DNA of 64,000 nt from an uncultured Planctomycetota bacterium. Lineage in GTDB: Bacteria; Planctomycetota; Planctomycetia; Isosphaerales; Isosphaeraceae. Positions 1 to 10,284 of the stretch are shown one piece after another. Where the stretch lies: positions 1,344,001 to 1,408,000 of the forward strand of contig CAWGMQ010000010.1 of the NCBI GenBank assembly GCA_963823665.1, read 5' to 3'. Each line of letters opens with the position of its first letter. The first letter of the stretch is position 1. Under the pieces are notes generated by a model. The model saw only the letters and a list, made by a program, of their open reading frames with translations, did not search any database and had not been told where the DNA came from. The translations under genes and the position numbers were made by a program.

Positions 1-1
1 T

Positions 2-421
2 TTTTCGACGAAGGCAGTTCTCAATCGCCTCGAGAAAACCGTGCCACCAGGATGGACCGGGCGGCAAGAACAGCCTGTGCGCATTCCCGAATATGACGAG
101 CCCGAGCCCGACATCTGCATAGTCCGGGGTTCCGACGGCGACTACCGGCACCGCCACCCCGACGCAACTGACGTGGGCCTGTTGGTCGAAGTCTCCAGGA
201 AAAACCCAATTGCCGATCGCCAGCAGGGCAATATTTATGGGCGCAGCGGTATCCCCATTCACTGGATCGTCAACCTGGTCGACCGCCGCGTTGAAGTGTA
301 CACCGATCCGGGCCCGGGAGGGTATGCATCCCGAACCGACTTCGGGTCCGGGCAGAGTGTTCCTGTGGTGATCGACGGCACGCCATGCGGCCAGATCGCC
401 GTCGACGACATCCTACCGTGA
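2..421 (+). CDS. Uma2 (DUF820) family PD-(D/E)XK endonuclease-like protein, 5' end outside window
   Basis: Frame open from base 2 (FSTKAVLNRLEKTVPPGW...). Motifs EPEPDI, LLVEVS and YGRSGIPIHWIVNL are typical of Uma2. Confidence 0.85.
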   Translation, partial: FSTKAVLNRLEKTVPPGWTGRQEQPVRIPEYDEPEPDICIVRGSDGDYRHRHPDATDVGLLVEVSRKNPIADRQQGNIYGRSGIPIHWIVNLVDRRVEVYTDPGPGGYASRTDFGSGQSVPVVIDGTPCGQIAVDDILP

Positions 422-453
422 CGAGCCCATCGCCGCGAAACTTGTGAGACCCG

Positions 454-2087
454 TCACCTCAGCTTCACCCGTTCGCCCGCCACCATCGCACCCTCATTCG
501 GCACGAACTCGCACACCACATACACGAGCGCGGGCTCGACAGCAGAGCCCCGCGTCGCCGGGTAACCTTGCACAGACTTGAGCGTGTAAAGGTCTCGATG
601 CTTCTCGATCCACGCCGCAAAGCCCGGCACTTCCTCGGGCCGCCGCGAAAGCAGCACGCACCGTAACGGATGCTGCGCCGAGACGCGGTCCCATCGCGGG
701 CGATCCCCCTCGCGATGCCGCCGTGAGTAGATCCGCTGGTAACACAGGTACTGGTCGGCCCCGTCGTAGCACCACCGCTTGGGTCCAAACGAGATCCCCA
801 GGTCACTCCGCACGCACACCACCTCGCCGCTGGCCGACATCTCCTCCCAGAACCAGCGAGCAAATTCACGTCCGGTTCGGTCCCAAGGTGCGCGGTAGGG
901 ATGGCCCAGGTCGCTGCCCAGCCTGCCGACCGCGAACAGCGCCAGGAGGCATCCGCACGCGACCACGATCCGCCGTCGGACCACCACCCGCGGAATCTTG
1001 GACCAGATCCATGACATCCCCGCCGCAGCCAGAATGAGCACGGCCGGAACCAGGTACAAATTCACCCGCGCACTCAGCCCGAACGGATACTGCCGCAGCG
1101 CCGCCGCAAAGAGCGTCAGCAAAATGGGAAGAGCAAGCACAGCCGCCAACCGCCGGCGCTGCGCAACAGGATCATCGTACCGAGCGCAAAGCAGCCGAAA
1201 ATCACAGGTGTCAGCCACGCCAGCCGAAGATCGCCTCCATGTGGAAACGCGAAGAGCGGTCCGGTCGCCATTCGCAGCAGCCACCGCCAGAGCGCGCCCG
1301 GGTCCAGAATCGAGGGTGGAAACGCGCCGGCCCAGAACTTGAGGAAATACGCACGGTCGTCCGGGGAAACCCGGTATTGCCCGAGAGCGGCCATCAACCC
1401 GACAGAAATGCCCGTGGTCGCCACAAATGCAGCCAGCGGCAGCCCGATCGAGGCCGAGCGTTTCTTGAACAATTCCCAGACAGCGACCACGCCGATCGCG
1501 GCAATCGTGAACAGCGATGGTAACGAAACACCGATTGCCAGCGGCACCACTCCCGCAATCAGCCAGAGCCCCCATCTCGTCCCCGGCGACGAGATCCACC
1601 GCGCGCAGAGCCAGAGAAGCACCAGGCTCACGAGCAAGTCGCTCTCGTACGGCTTCGCCTCGCCCGCATAGCGGATGAGCGGCTCAGAGACCGCGAAGAA
1701 CGCAACCGCCAGAAACGTGCCCGGTGTTCCGCGGCCGAGGTAGCGTCGCGACAACCAGTAGAAGAACGGCACACTCGCCACGCTGGAGCAGAGCGGAAAA
1801 AGCCGCAGTGCAAGCTCTGAGAATCCCACCAATCGCGCCGCAATCCACTCGATCGCCAGAAAACCCAGCGGGCACACCTGACGATAGTCCAGCGGTTGGG
1901 CCAGCTCGCTCCAGTTACGGTCGAGCAGATTCGCCGCGAGCATCGTCTCGTCGCACCACATCGGGTAATTCTGGATCGCTCGCACCAGCCGCAGGATCAC
2001 CGCCACGGCCAGAAACCCCGCGATTCCACGCGTCAATCGCCGCTGCAAAGCGTGTCCGTCGTCGGACGCCGCCGAAGAGTCTTCCAT
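454..2087 (-). CDS. Multi-pass membrane glycosyltransferase (GT-C / family 39-like), one frameshift near 1155
   Basis: ORF 1116..2087 (MWCDE motif after TM1, PLGF, RYAGEAKPY, many hydrophobic helices) continues in the frame of ORF 454..1599 (LPILLTLFAAALRQYPFG..RVNLYLVP). Confidence 0.7.
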
Positions 2088-2202
2088 CGCTTCCCGGTTT
2101 CCACGCGCAGAGGGCCGTCCATCACGCCCACCAACCTCTTATTGGTCATCGGCAGCGGCGGGATTCTAGTCCAGCAAAACTCCGAGCGTCATTCGCCGCG
2201 AC

Positions 2203-2390
2203 TTACCGTTTCTGCGGCTTTTTGGGCGGCTTCAGCTTGATGACTTCCTTCAGTGTCGCGGACGTGCTCGCCCCGAAGTCCGCGCTGCCGCCGCGCGGGA
2301 CGCTGATCGCACGCAGCCCGAGCGCAAGCGGTGCGTTTCTGCCCGCCGGTCAGGTCGAGTGTCGCAATTGCCGTCGCAATGCGTGTCGTC
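2203..2390 (-). pseudogene. Decayed C-terminal remnant of a bacterial Ig-like (Big_3-type) domain protein
   Basis: Minus strand reads TAIATLDLTGGQ /frameshift/ PLALGLRAISVPRGGSADFGASTSATLKEVIKLKPPKKPQKR-stop. This resembles the Big_3 ending (G.H.I...YGG...F..STS..L). No start or N-terminus found. Confidence 0.5.
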
Positions 2391-2565
2391 TACTACTGGT
2401 GCTTGCACCGATTCGCAGCTTTGCCGAAGCGTGCGATACCGCCAACCGAGGCCGGCTTGGTCGGGCCAAGAATCGTTGGCATCGCGTTTGAGTCGGAATG
2501 CAACGCGCGGGTTTCCGATCGTACGCGGCGGCCTTGGCCGTCCGGGGCCTTCCAGGAGCTTCACG

Positions 2566-4122
2566 ATGGCACTCGACAAGAAGTACTACGTCCACACCAC
2601 CGACGATGGTGCCCTGGGTGACACCACCCCGGCCGACATCAACGCGCTGGTGGCCTCATTGGCCTCAGCCAAGCGCGTGGCGGTGGTCTTGCACGGCGGG
2701 CTCGTCTCGAAGAGTGCGGCGCTGGCTACGGCGGAAGGTCTCGTGCAACCGCTTATCGAATCCGAAGTCCATCCCATTTTCGTCATCTGGGAAACCGGGT
2801 TCCTGGAAACGCTCCGCGACCTTCTGCAGAAAGTCTGGGACGAAGATCTGTTCAAGGACCTGGTGAAGAAGCTTTTGCAACACATGGCGGCGACGGTCGC
2901 CGACGAGTATCTGCTGGGCGCGCGGGATGCTCTGGGTTTACCCCAACCGCCCGACGACCTGGAAGTCTCGCGTGAATACCGCAAGTTGAAGCACAACGAG
3001 GAGCCATTCGCTGATGCAAAGACTGCGCAGGCCGCGTGCTGCGTCAAATGACGAGATCCGGCGCCTGCAAGACGATCTCCAGAGCGACCCGCGCTTCAAT
3101 CTCGAAGTGGAGGCGGCTGCCCGCTGGATCGAAGACAAGCAGGACGAGCAGGCCGGCGTCCCGGCCGCGGCGCGGCTTCCGGCGGGGCCGGCGAAGCCGA
3201 CTCTGGCAGACCCGGAAGCGCTCCTCGAACCGATGCCTGCCGGAAGCGCCCGGGAACGGCGAGGCCCCGGGGTTTCTTGTCGGTTGCCAAGGCCGCCTGG
3301 AGCGCGGCTCAGGTCTTCCGCCGCGTCGTTAGCCGCTATCGGGAGGGACGGGACCACGGCGTCTACGCGACGGTGGTCGAGGAGGTGCTGCGCCAGTTCT
3401 ATGGAACCAACGTCGGCAGCGCCATGTGGGGGACTATGAAGCGGCAGGCCCGGGCAGCCTTCACCGACCCCGGCCAGGCGCCAGTTCGCTGCGGCTGGTA
3501 TTTGTGCGAACGCCTCGGGATGATGGTTAGCGGCGGGCACGCTCCGCAGATCTCGATCGTGGCACACAGTGCCGGTGCGAATTACGCCTGTCACATGGTC
3601 GATTACGTCGGAACGACGCGCGGCCCTGTCTTCCCCGACGGCTTCGCGTTCAAAAACCTGCTACTGATGGCGCCGGCCTGCAACTTCGGGCTCTTTGACG
3701 CCATCACCACCGCGCAACCGCCTGTCTTCGAGAACTTCCGCCTGTTCGCCCTTAAGGACGAGCTCGAACGCGGCTACTGGGAGGTTCCGGTTATCTACCC
3801 TCGCTCACTGCTCTATCTGGTGGCCGGGGCATTCGAGAAGGAATCCGACGGTAGCACGGGCGCCTACGACCTGCCGCTGCTAGGCATGGAGCGTTATTAC
3901 ACTCAGTCCGAGACTTACAAGCAGCCGGAGATCGACCGCGTGCGCCGATTTCTCGGGACTACGCCGCCGGGCCGCCAGGTCTGGTCCGTTAGCGCCGGGG
4001 GGGGCCTGGGTTTGGAGGCGGACAGCCGGACTCACGGCCGCTTCTTCCTCGACGCGGAAGATCCGCCACGGCCCACACAGACAATGCGAAGCGTCTTGCA
4101 CGTGCTCAAGAACGGCGTGTGA
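2566..4122 (+). CDS. Alpha/beta-hydrolase-fold protein (HGGL / AHSAG family), split by frameshifts at ~3035-3280
   Basis: AGGAG RBS at 2554, ATG at 2566. VVLHGGL oxyanion-like motif, IFVIWETG, nucleophile elbow IVAHSAGA, LLMAPAC, YPRSLLYLV, C-terminal THG His. Pieces lie in ORFs 2359..3051, 3014..3439 and 3277..4122. Confidence 0.75.
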
Positions 4123-4131
4123 TCCTCATTC

Positions 4132-4647
4132 ATGAATGACACCCATTTCGCAATCGTCGTCGGAATCGATCGTTATCCGCGCCTGGGACGGCATTTGACG
4201 GCAGCGCGCAAAGACGCCGAGGCCTTCGACGCCTGGTTGGCGGATCCCGCCGGAGGTGCGGTACCGAAGGCCAACCGGAAGCTGATCGTTGCCGACCTCC
4301 CAGTGGATGCCACGCCGGAGCAGGCCAAACCGCTCCTTTCGGAAGTCAAATCGGCTCTGTTGGAGGTGAGGGCGGCCTCCGACGCCATCTCCGCGGCGGA
4401 CGAGGCAAGAGACCAGAATCGCTGGGAACAGACGCGTCTCTACCTTTACGTTTCCGGCCACGGCATGGCGCTGCGGTCCGAGGAGGCCGCCCTGCTCACG
4501 GCCAACGCCGGGGTTGATTGGTGGCAGGAGCGCGTCAATTGCGCCGACGTTCACAATCACCTGGAAGTCGATTACAATGGTGGTACAACGGCTGGTGGCT
4601 CAGGTCGAGCAACTCTACACGTTCGCGCTGGACCGCCGTCAGTTTGA
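4132..4647 (+). CDS. Caspase/metacaspase (peptidase C14)-like N-terminal half; catalytic His present, Cys strand absent
   Basis: FAIVVGIDRYP..L....DA.AF..WL (beta1/helix1) and LYLYVSGHG His motif. No DC/DAC/DCC motif follows in any frame nearby. Confidence 0.75.
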   Translation: MNDTHFAIVVGIDRYPRLGRHLTAARKDAEAFDAWLADPAGGAVPKANRKLIVADLPVDATPEQAKPLLSEVKSALLEVRAASDAISAADEARDQNRWEQTRLYLYVSGHGMALRSEEAALLTANAGVDWWQERVNCADVHNHLEVDYNGGTTAGGSGRATLHVRAGPPSV

Positions 4648-5386
4648 GAAAATCCGCACGCTTACGCTGGCACAACTGTCCCGTATGATCGACTTGTCCC
4701 GCACCGCCGTGGCTCGGGCGGTGACACCGTCGCTGGCTTTGCCGGGGCCTCCCCGCCACCAACCGGCCCGGGCGCCGATCGATATCAGCAAATGGTCAGC
4801 CGAAGCATCGCTCAGCGCCGCCAAATCCAGGACGATCGGCTCGGGCGCGGAGGTCAACCTTCCACATGCTGGTTCCAGGGCGCGTTGGCCACCCCAGAAC
4901 GGGCGTGACTATGTCCGCAGCGATGCGTTCGGACGGCTGCTGCTAGACGTGATCGAGCCGCTCGCGCGCGAGTACTCCAGCCACGACTTCGTCGATGCCG
5001 CGGCGGAAATCTTCACTTGGTTGGACACGAAGCTACGCACGAACCGGCGGTTCATCAACGCCCGCCGCTTTCCGACGGAAGCCGACTTCCGTGCGTATCT
5101 TCGCCAGGCCGCCTGGAATGCCGCCCGGATGGCAGCGCGTCGCCTCAAAGCGCACGAGACGCTGCCCGCGGCAGCGTTCGAAATCGACCTGTCGCTCGAC
5201 CCGGTGACCCAAGCCTGCCTTCAAGAAAGCCTCGAGCGGCTGGTTGAGCCACACAAGACTGTGCTCGAGCGATTGTTCTTCGAGAACGACGACCTGGAAA
5301 TGGTCGCCAGCATTCTCGGCAAGACGCCAACCGAGGTCGAAACGCTCTACGCGGAGGCAATCGACCTGCTGAAGCTCGAGCCATAA
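4577..5386 (+). CDS. Sigma-70/ECF-like sigma factor with N-terminal extension
   Basis: DAAAEIF...FRAYLRQAAWNAARMAARR (region 2-like) and LERL...KTVLERLFFENDDLEMVASILGKTPTEVETLYAEAIDLLK (region 4 HTH). ATG 4577 lies inside the caspase ORF; start uncertain. Confidence 0.65.
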   Translation: MVVQRLVAQVEQLYTFALDRRQFEKIRTLTLAQLSRMIDLSRTAVARAVTPSLALPGPPRHQPARAPIDISKWSAEASLSAAKSRTIGSGAEVNLPHAGSRARWPPQNGRDYVRSDAFGRLLLDVIEPLAREYSSHDFVDAAAEIFTWLDTKLRTNRRFINARRFPTEADFRAYLRQAAWNAARMAARRLKAHETLPAAAFEIDLSLDPVTQACLQESLERLVEPHKTVLERLFFENDDLEMVASILGKTPTEVETLYAEAIDLLKLEP

Positions 5387-5401
5387 AAGCCCGCCTGAGC
5401 G

Positions 5402-5599
5402 TTACTCGCTATCCGTCCCGACGCCCACGTCCTCCGGCTCGAGAGCTTCCTTGAGTAAGAAAAGGGCGTTAAGCTTCTGCGCCCGGTCCAGGAAAACGTG
5501 GTCCTTGGTGTGCTTTTCGACGAATTCTTGCACCTGCCGAGCCTGTGGGTCACCGTACTCTCGCAGGAGCCTGGTGTACTCGAACAGTTGATTTGCCAT
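5402..5599 (-). CDS. Small helical hypothetical protein (65 aa)
   Basis: Strong RBS AAAGGAGA upstream of ATG. MANQLFEYTRLLREYGDPQA...; acidic tail. Confidence 0.65.
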   Translation of the reverse strand: MANQLFEYTRLLREYGDPQARQVQEFVEKHTKDHVFLDRAQKLNALFLLKEALEPEDVGVGTDSE

Positions 5600-5737
5600 A
5601 GCGATTTCTCCTTTGCGCGGCAGCCCCGCGCGCCCCGGGGAAGTTTTCTCTACCACTGAGTGCACCGCGGTCAGAATTATTGTGTAAATGGAAGTTCTCA
5701 AAAGAGTTAGGGCCAATCACCCGCGCGCCGGGCGACC

Positions 5738-7356
5738 TCACACGCCCGCCAGCGCGCTCAGCAGCTTCGCACCGTCCGGCACACCCCACCCGGAGGCCGC
5801 GTCAAACCCCGCCTTCGCGGCATAGCCGACGCCCGGGTCCGGATGTGAGGCGTTGTTGCCCGAGGTGACGTCGCGCAATGCGCCCTTGCCGACAGGCTCA
5901 CCGTTTCCACCGTTCTTGTAGAGCAGCGGCGTGAGGAATCGCCGTTGCTTGGCCTGGGGTAACGACGCATTCACCCGAGCGATCAGCGCAGCCCACAGCG
6001 GAGCCGAGGCGCTCGTCCCACCGTTCGGTTGGCGCCTGGTCATGAACACGAGGTCGTAGAGAGGCGGCCCGGCGAGCGCCGCGACGTCGGGCACAACCCG
6101 CCCGTCAATGCTTCCGGAATTGATCGAGGCAACGTGAACCTTCTGCCACGACGGACGATCGAAGACCCTGCTCACTCCGCCCCCGGTCGCTCCACCGCCC
6201 TGGTTCTGAGTCCGGAAACCCGGCGACTCCCACCAGACAACTTCGGAGACGCTTGCGCCGGAACTCTTGAGCATCGTACCCCCAACCGCCAGCACGTGCG
6301 GGCTGCTGCCTGGAAAGTCCACGTGCCCGTGGCCGTCATTCCCGTCGTCGCCCGAGCCGTCGTCTCCCGCGGCGACGCACGTGGTGATGCCGAGCAATCG
6401 GATGGCGTTGAGCCGCTCATTGATCGCTTGAACGGCATTTCCCGACCACCCCACGTCGTCTTCGGCCGATCCCCAACTGATCGAGAGCACGGTCGGATTC
6501 GCCGTGATCACCGCGTTCAGCAAGTCAACCCACCCTCGCTGATCGAACGTCGAGAAATAAACCGAGATCGTCCCCGCGGGGCAGAGCCCGGCGACAATCT
6601 CGATGTCCATCATCACCTCGATGCTTGCGACGAGCTGATCGTTACGTTGGTTGGGAGGAAGCGCAGAAATCTGCTCCTGCGTGAACGCCGGCGCATCGAC
6701 TGAGATCGCCTGCACGTTCGGGACCGCGCGCCGAACTTTTTGCAAAAAGTCGTGACGTCGTCGGCGAAATAGCCGCCGCCGAACTCGGCAATCGCGATGG
6801 TCTGGCCGGCACCGTCCCCGGGTGGAAAGTTGTAGCGGTGCTCGAGATCTGCCGGTGCCACGGGTACCAAGGCGCTGCCGGCGCCGGCGCGGGCCTTGCG
6901 GTGGGCCATGCACCGCTGGTCGAGTCCGAACACGCCGGTCACGATTCCCTTGAGCTCGGCGGGAATCGACAGCGTTCCCTTCCGGCCGCGAAACTCCCCG
7001 TGCTTTGCCGACCGCATGATCGCCATGCCGGGCTTGAACGCCGCTTCCATCGTTTTCGCCGTGCCGCTGACGCACATGCTGCGATTCTCCAGCGACGTAG
7101 TATCAACCTTGAGGCCAAACGCCTTCAGCGACTTCGCCACCTTGTCGGCATCGGATTTCTTGGCACCGAATTTCTCCGCAAGCTCCGCCGGCGTCATCCG
7201 CTGCCCGACGTAGTCATCCGGACCAGGAAGCTTGGGCCCCGAAAGCGTGATCGTCACCACGATCTTCTCGTTGGGGTCGACATCGCGCACGCGGATCGTA
7301 CCGGCCTGCACCCCGCGCTTGCTGCCGGACAAGACCACGTGAGTTTTCGTTGCCAT
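5738..7356 (-). CDS. S53 family (sedolisin/kumamolisin) serine-carboxyl peptidase with prodomain, frameshift near 6740
   Basis: Prodomain in 6613..7356, then GQTIAIAEFGGG. Catalytic EVMMD, ISWG, AAGDDGS, GGTSA, and Ca-site DVTSGNN..GFDAASGWG. No obvious signal peptide. Confidence 0.92.
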
Positions 7357-7501
7357 CTTGGTGCCCTTGGAATGGGAGTGCGCATCCTAGTCGTTGACCG
7401 GGCCTGGTGGAATATGGTACTCGCAACGAGCGACCCGATACCCACGCCGGCCACAGTCGTCGCCTGGAACGAATGGAGTTCTTTGGATCAATTCGAAAGG
7501 C

Positions 7502-8542
7502 TCAGGCTCTCATCTCCTCATGACGAGGAAAGTTCTCGACGGGACGCAATCCCTCGCCAAGCTTGTCACGCTCCGCGAGCAACGCACCAGTACACTCGCG
7601 GGCGCTCTGGCACTCGACGATCCACTTCGCGATGAAAGATCTCCGGGCGACGCAATCGACATCGAACGCCCAGAGAACAGCCATGAGCGGCCAGAGGAAC
7701 AATTCTCCTTCCTTCACCCGGCCGTAAACCAACGGCGGGACCACGTCCCGTCCAAACCAGCCCTCCGTGGCTGAAGCAATCGTTCCGGAAAGCACGGAAC
7801 GAAATCCCTGCCATTGGTAGATGTGTTCCAGGCAGTCACGATAGAACCGATAGCCTGGGTTCGATGGTTCCAGACTCACGGCCCCGAGGAAGCCCCCCAT
7901 TTTCGTCAGCTCCGCAATGGCCCTCAGCGACGCGGCGTCGGACACGTGGTTATAACGGTCAGTGCCAAGGCCGACGCTCACGAGAATCTTGACGATCCGC
8001 GGGTCGAGCGATGCCACAGAGGTGACAGAGACCGCGTCTTCGATGGGATCTCCCAGTCCTTCTTCATCGCCCGCCATGAGCGAGTCCGACCCGCCATCGA
8101 CAATCACGATCGCATCGATCTCGTGAGCTTCGCACAATTGCTCGTACAGCCGGCTGAGCAGAGGGACCGAGAACGCCCTGGCATAATAGGCATAGACGGA
8201 GTGCGGAGCAGTCGCGGGGTAGATCGCGTCGAGGTACGTACAGACATGGACCTCAGGTCCGTAATAGGGATCGGGTTGACTGGCACCCGTGACACGCTTG
8301 GCCACCGCTCCGCCGCTGTCGAAAATGGTCTCGGTTTCGCCGGTGATTTCGTTCGGGTCGCCGAAGGAATAACTTCCAATGACGACCGACTTACCGAGCC
8401 GTTGCAACTCGGGATAAAGCAGCAGGCTATGTACAAAGTCAAACCCACCGCCGCAGCCACACAGCATGACGGACTTCACCGAGGGGTCGGCGAGCTGACG
8501 CAGGAACGGGGGCAGAAATAAGGAATGTTCCGTACTCGGCAT
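7502..8542 (-). CDS. DUF1152 family protein
   Basis: GCGGGFD, VDGGSDSL.GDE.GLG.P.ED and LWPLM motifs. Confidence 0.8.
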   Translation of the reverse strand: MPSTEHSLFLPPFLRQLADPSVKSVMLCGCGGGFDFVHSLLLYPELQRLGKSVVIGSYSFGDPNEITGETETIFDSGGAVAKRVTGASQPDPYYGPEVHVCTYLDAIYPATAPHSVYAYYARAFSVPLLSRLYEQLCEAHEIDAIVIVDGGSDSLMAGDEEGLGDPIEDAVSVTSVASLDPRIVKILVSVGLGTDRYNHVSDAASLRAIAELTKMGGFLGAVSLEPSNPGYRFYRDCLEHIYQWQGFRSVLSGTIASATEGWFGRDVVPPLVYGRVKEGELFLWPLMAVLWAFDVDCVARRSFIAKWIVECQSARECTGALLAERDKLGEGLRPVENFPRHEEMRA

Positions 8543-8712
8543 AACATAATCCGTCCTATGCGCATATCGGCTTTCATGGCGCGCGATCTGCGTCAGCTCA
8601 TAAAGGGCAAGCAGTGAGTAGCCAGTCTACGCTCACTAACCTTGGAGTAATCGTCCCCGGCGCAAACGCCCTGATTGACCTGGTCTCCCCGCGCGTGACC
8701 GCGGACCATCGC

Positions 8713-9387
8713 TCAGTGCTTGGACTCTGAAAGCTTCTTGACGAAGTTTGCATGCGCTGCCGATTTGAGCCCGCGCTCGAGCGCTCGCACGTGGCGGGCG
8801 ATATCGTCTTCCCAGAGTGCCGATCCGTCGAGCCAGAGGCCAGGAAACGCCTTGGAGCGGAAAATCCCCCGGGAATCGGGCCGAACCAGTTCGTATCTAC
8901 CCTTCACCAGGCGGTGCCATCGCACGGCCTTCTCCTCGATCAGAACGGCGACGTAATCACGCACTGTGGCTGCTTCATAGAGGGCTTTCTTGACGCCGAG
9001 ATCGTACGCCGCACTCGTGACGCAAATTTCGGCCGCCAGCTCGGGAGCACCGGCATGATACTTACCTTGGATTGTCGATTGGCCTCCGTACTCAGGACGG
9101 ATCCACAGGTAGTTGTCGGGCTGCGGTGCGCTCTGGCGCATCAGCCATGTCGACTGACTGCCTGCGGCACAGCCCGGAGTGTTCAGGATGTAGATTCCCA
9201 ACCACATCGCAATCCAGAGTTCGGTGCGCCCGTGATCGCTCGATAGCGGGGAAGGCATGTAAACCACTCCATCGATTAGCTCGGCAAACTTGACTTCCGG
9301 CATGGCCTCCCAGCGACGCAGGAATTCCTGAACCGCCAGTCGTTGTCCGGCTCGAAGCGGCTGGTGGGCGCGATGGGCGATTGACAT
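8713..9387 (-). CDS. Uma2 (DUF820) family endonuclease-like protein
   Basis: AELIDGVVYMPSP, PQPD, GAPELAAEI, YDLGVKKALYE, FPGLWLD. Confidence 0.9.
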   Translation of the reverse strand: MSIAHRAHQPLRAGQRLAVQEFLRRWEAMPEVKFAELIDGVVYMPSPLSSDHGRTELWIAMWLGIYILNTPGCAAGSQSTWLMRQSAPQPDNYLWIRPEYGGQSTIQGKYHAGAPELAAEICVTSAAYDLGVKKALYEAATVRDYVAVLIEEKAVRWHRLVKGRYELVRPDSRGIFRSKAFPGLWLDGSALWEDDIARHVRALERGLKSAAHANFVKKLSESKH

Positions 9388-9581
9388 GAACGGGCGCTCC
9401 TATGGCTCAACGAAACCATTGTAACGCCGTGCGCCCAAACGCAGAAGATCGCAGGCCGGTAGCCGGATTAGACTAGCCTTTCGCTCTGCGAAAGAACAAC
9501 ATGGTCGTACGACCCCCGTCGAACGGGCCCTCGACCGCGAGCGTTCGTTCACACTTGAGACTCACGATGGCCACGACATAA

Positions 9582-10226
9582 TTGGCCATCGGGGTGGCCG
9601 ACTTGACTAGCGAAGCACCCAACAGAGCGATTTCACCAGCAACGCCGGCACTCGTGCGCAAGTTCGGCGTCGCCGATGCGATGATCCTGCTCGCCGGGTT
9701 CGGTTTCGCGCTTGCGGGTGGACTCAAGCTTCTCGTGGCTCTCGCTGAGCAGTGCTATTACTTGTGCGAAGTAATCGCCGCGTATAACAGTCCGTTCTAT
9801 GCCAATAGGCCAGCATTCTGGAGATCGTGGGTCGCAATTTACTGGTCTAGCACACTGTATTTGGCGATTCGAGTGTTCGGAATCTTCCTCCTGGGAATGA
9901 CCCCAGCGTTCTTGTTCGTGCGCTTGAGGCGGCCACGCCAGCCCATTCGCGCGTTGTTCAAACAGCCCGGTTTCGTCGCGGGTCTGGCGATCATCTTCGG
10001 TCAGTTCTGGCTGACCGGTTGGCTTCACCGCCTGTACTTCGGCAGGCTCACGGACGCGACGGTGACTGGCGTCGTCGTCGGCGCCATGGTCGCCGTTGCA
10101 TGGGCCGCGTTAATCCTGAGCCGGCAGTGGAAAACAGAGCCGGGCTGGATCGACAGGATGGGGCGAGTGCTCGGAGCCAGCGCGATCGCCGTTGGAGCGA
10201 TTTCCTTCGCGCTCGCTGGGATTTGA
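9582..10226 (+). CDS. Hypothetical multi-pass membrane protein
   Basis: About five hydrophobic segments, RLRRPR..QPG and WIDRMGR motifs; start uncertain. Confidence 0.6.
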   Translation: MAIGVADLTSEAPNRAISPATPALVRKFGVADAMILLAGFGFALAGGLKLLVALAEQCYYLCEVIAAYNSPFYANRPAFWRSWVAIYWSSTLYLAIRVFGIFLLGMTPAFLFVRLRRPRQPIRALFKQPGFVAGLAIIFGQFWLTGWLHRLYFGRLTDATVTGVVVGAMVAVAWAALILSRQWKTEPGWIDRMGRVLGASAIAVGAISFALAGI

Positions 10227-10284
10227 GCCAAGAACGTTCGGCGAACATCAAGGACTGACAGCCCCTCAGCCGGTCGTCCCTGCG

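Noticed and set aside
2566..7356. Gasdermin, CHAT/TPR or NLR partner for the caspase
   Set aside because: No gasdermin-like, NACHT or TIR sequence is recognisable in the block.
8612..8637. Hairpin AGTGAGTAG..CTAC.CTCACT as an intrinsic terminator
   Set aside because: No U-tract on either side; function cannot be supported.
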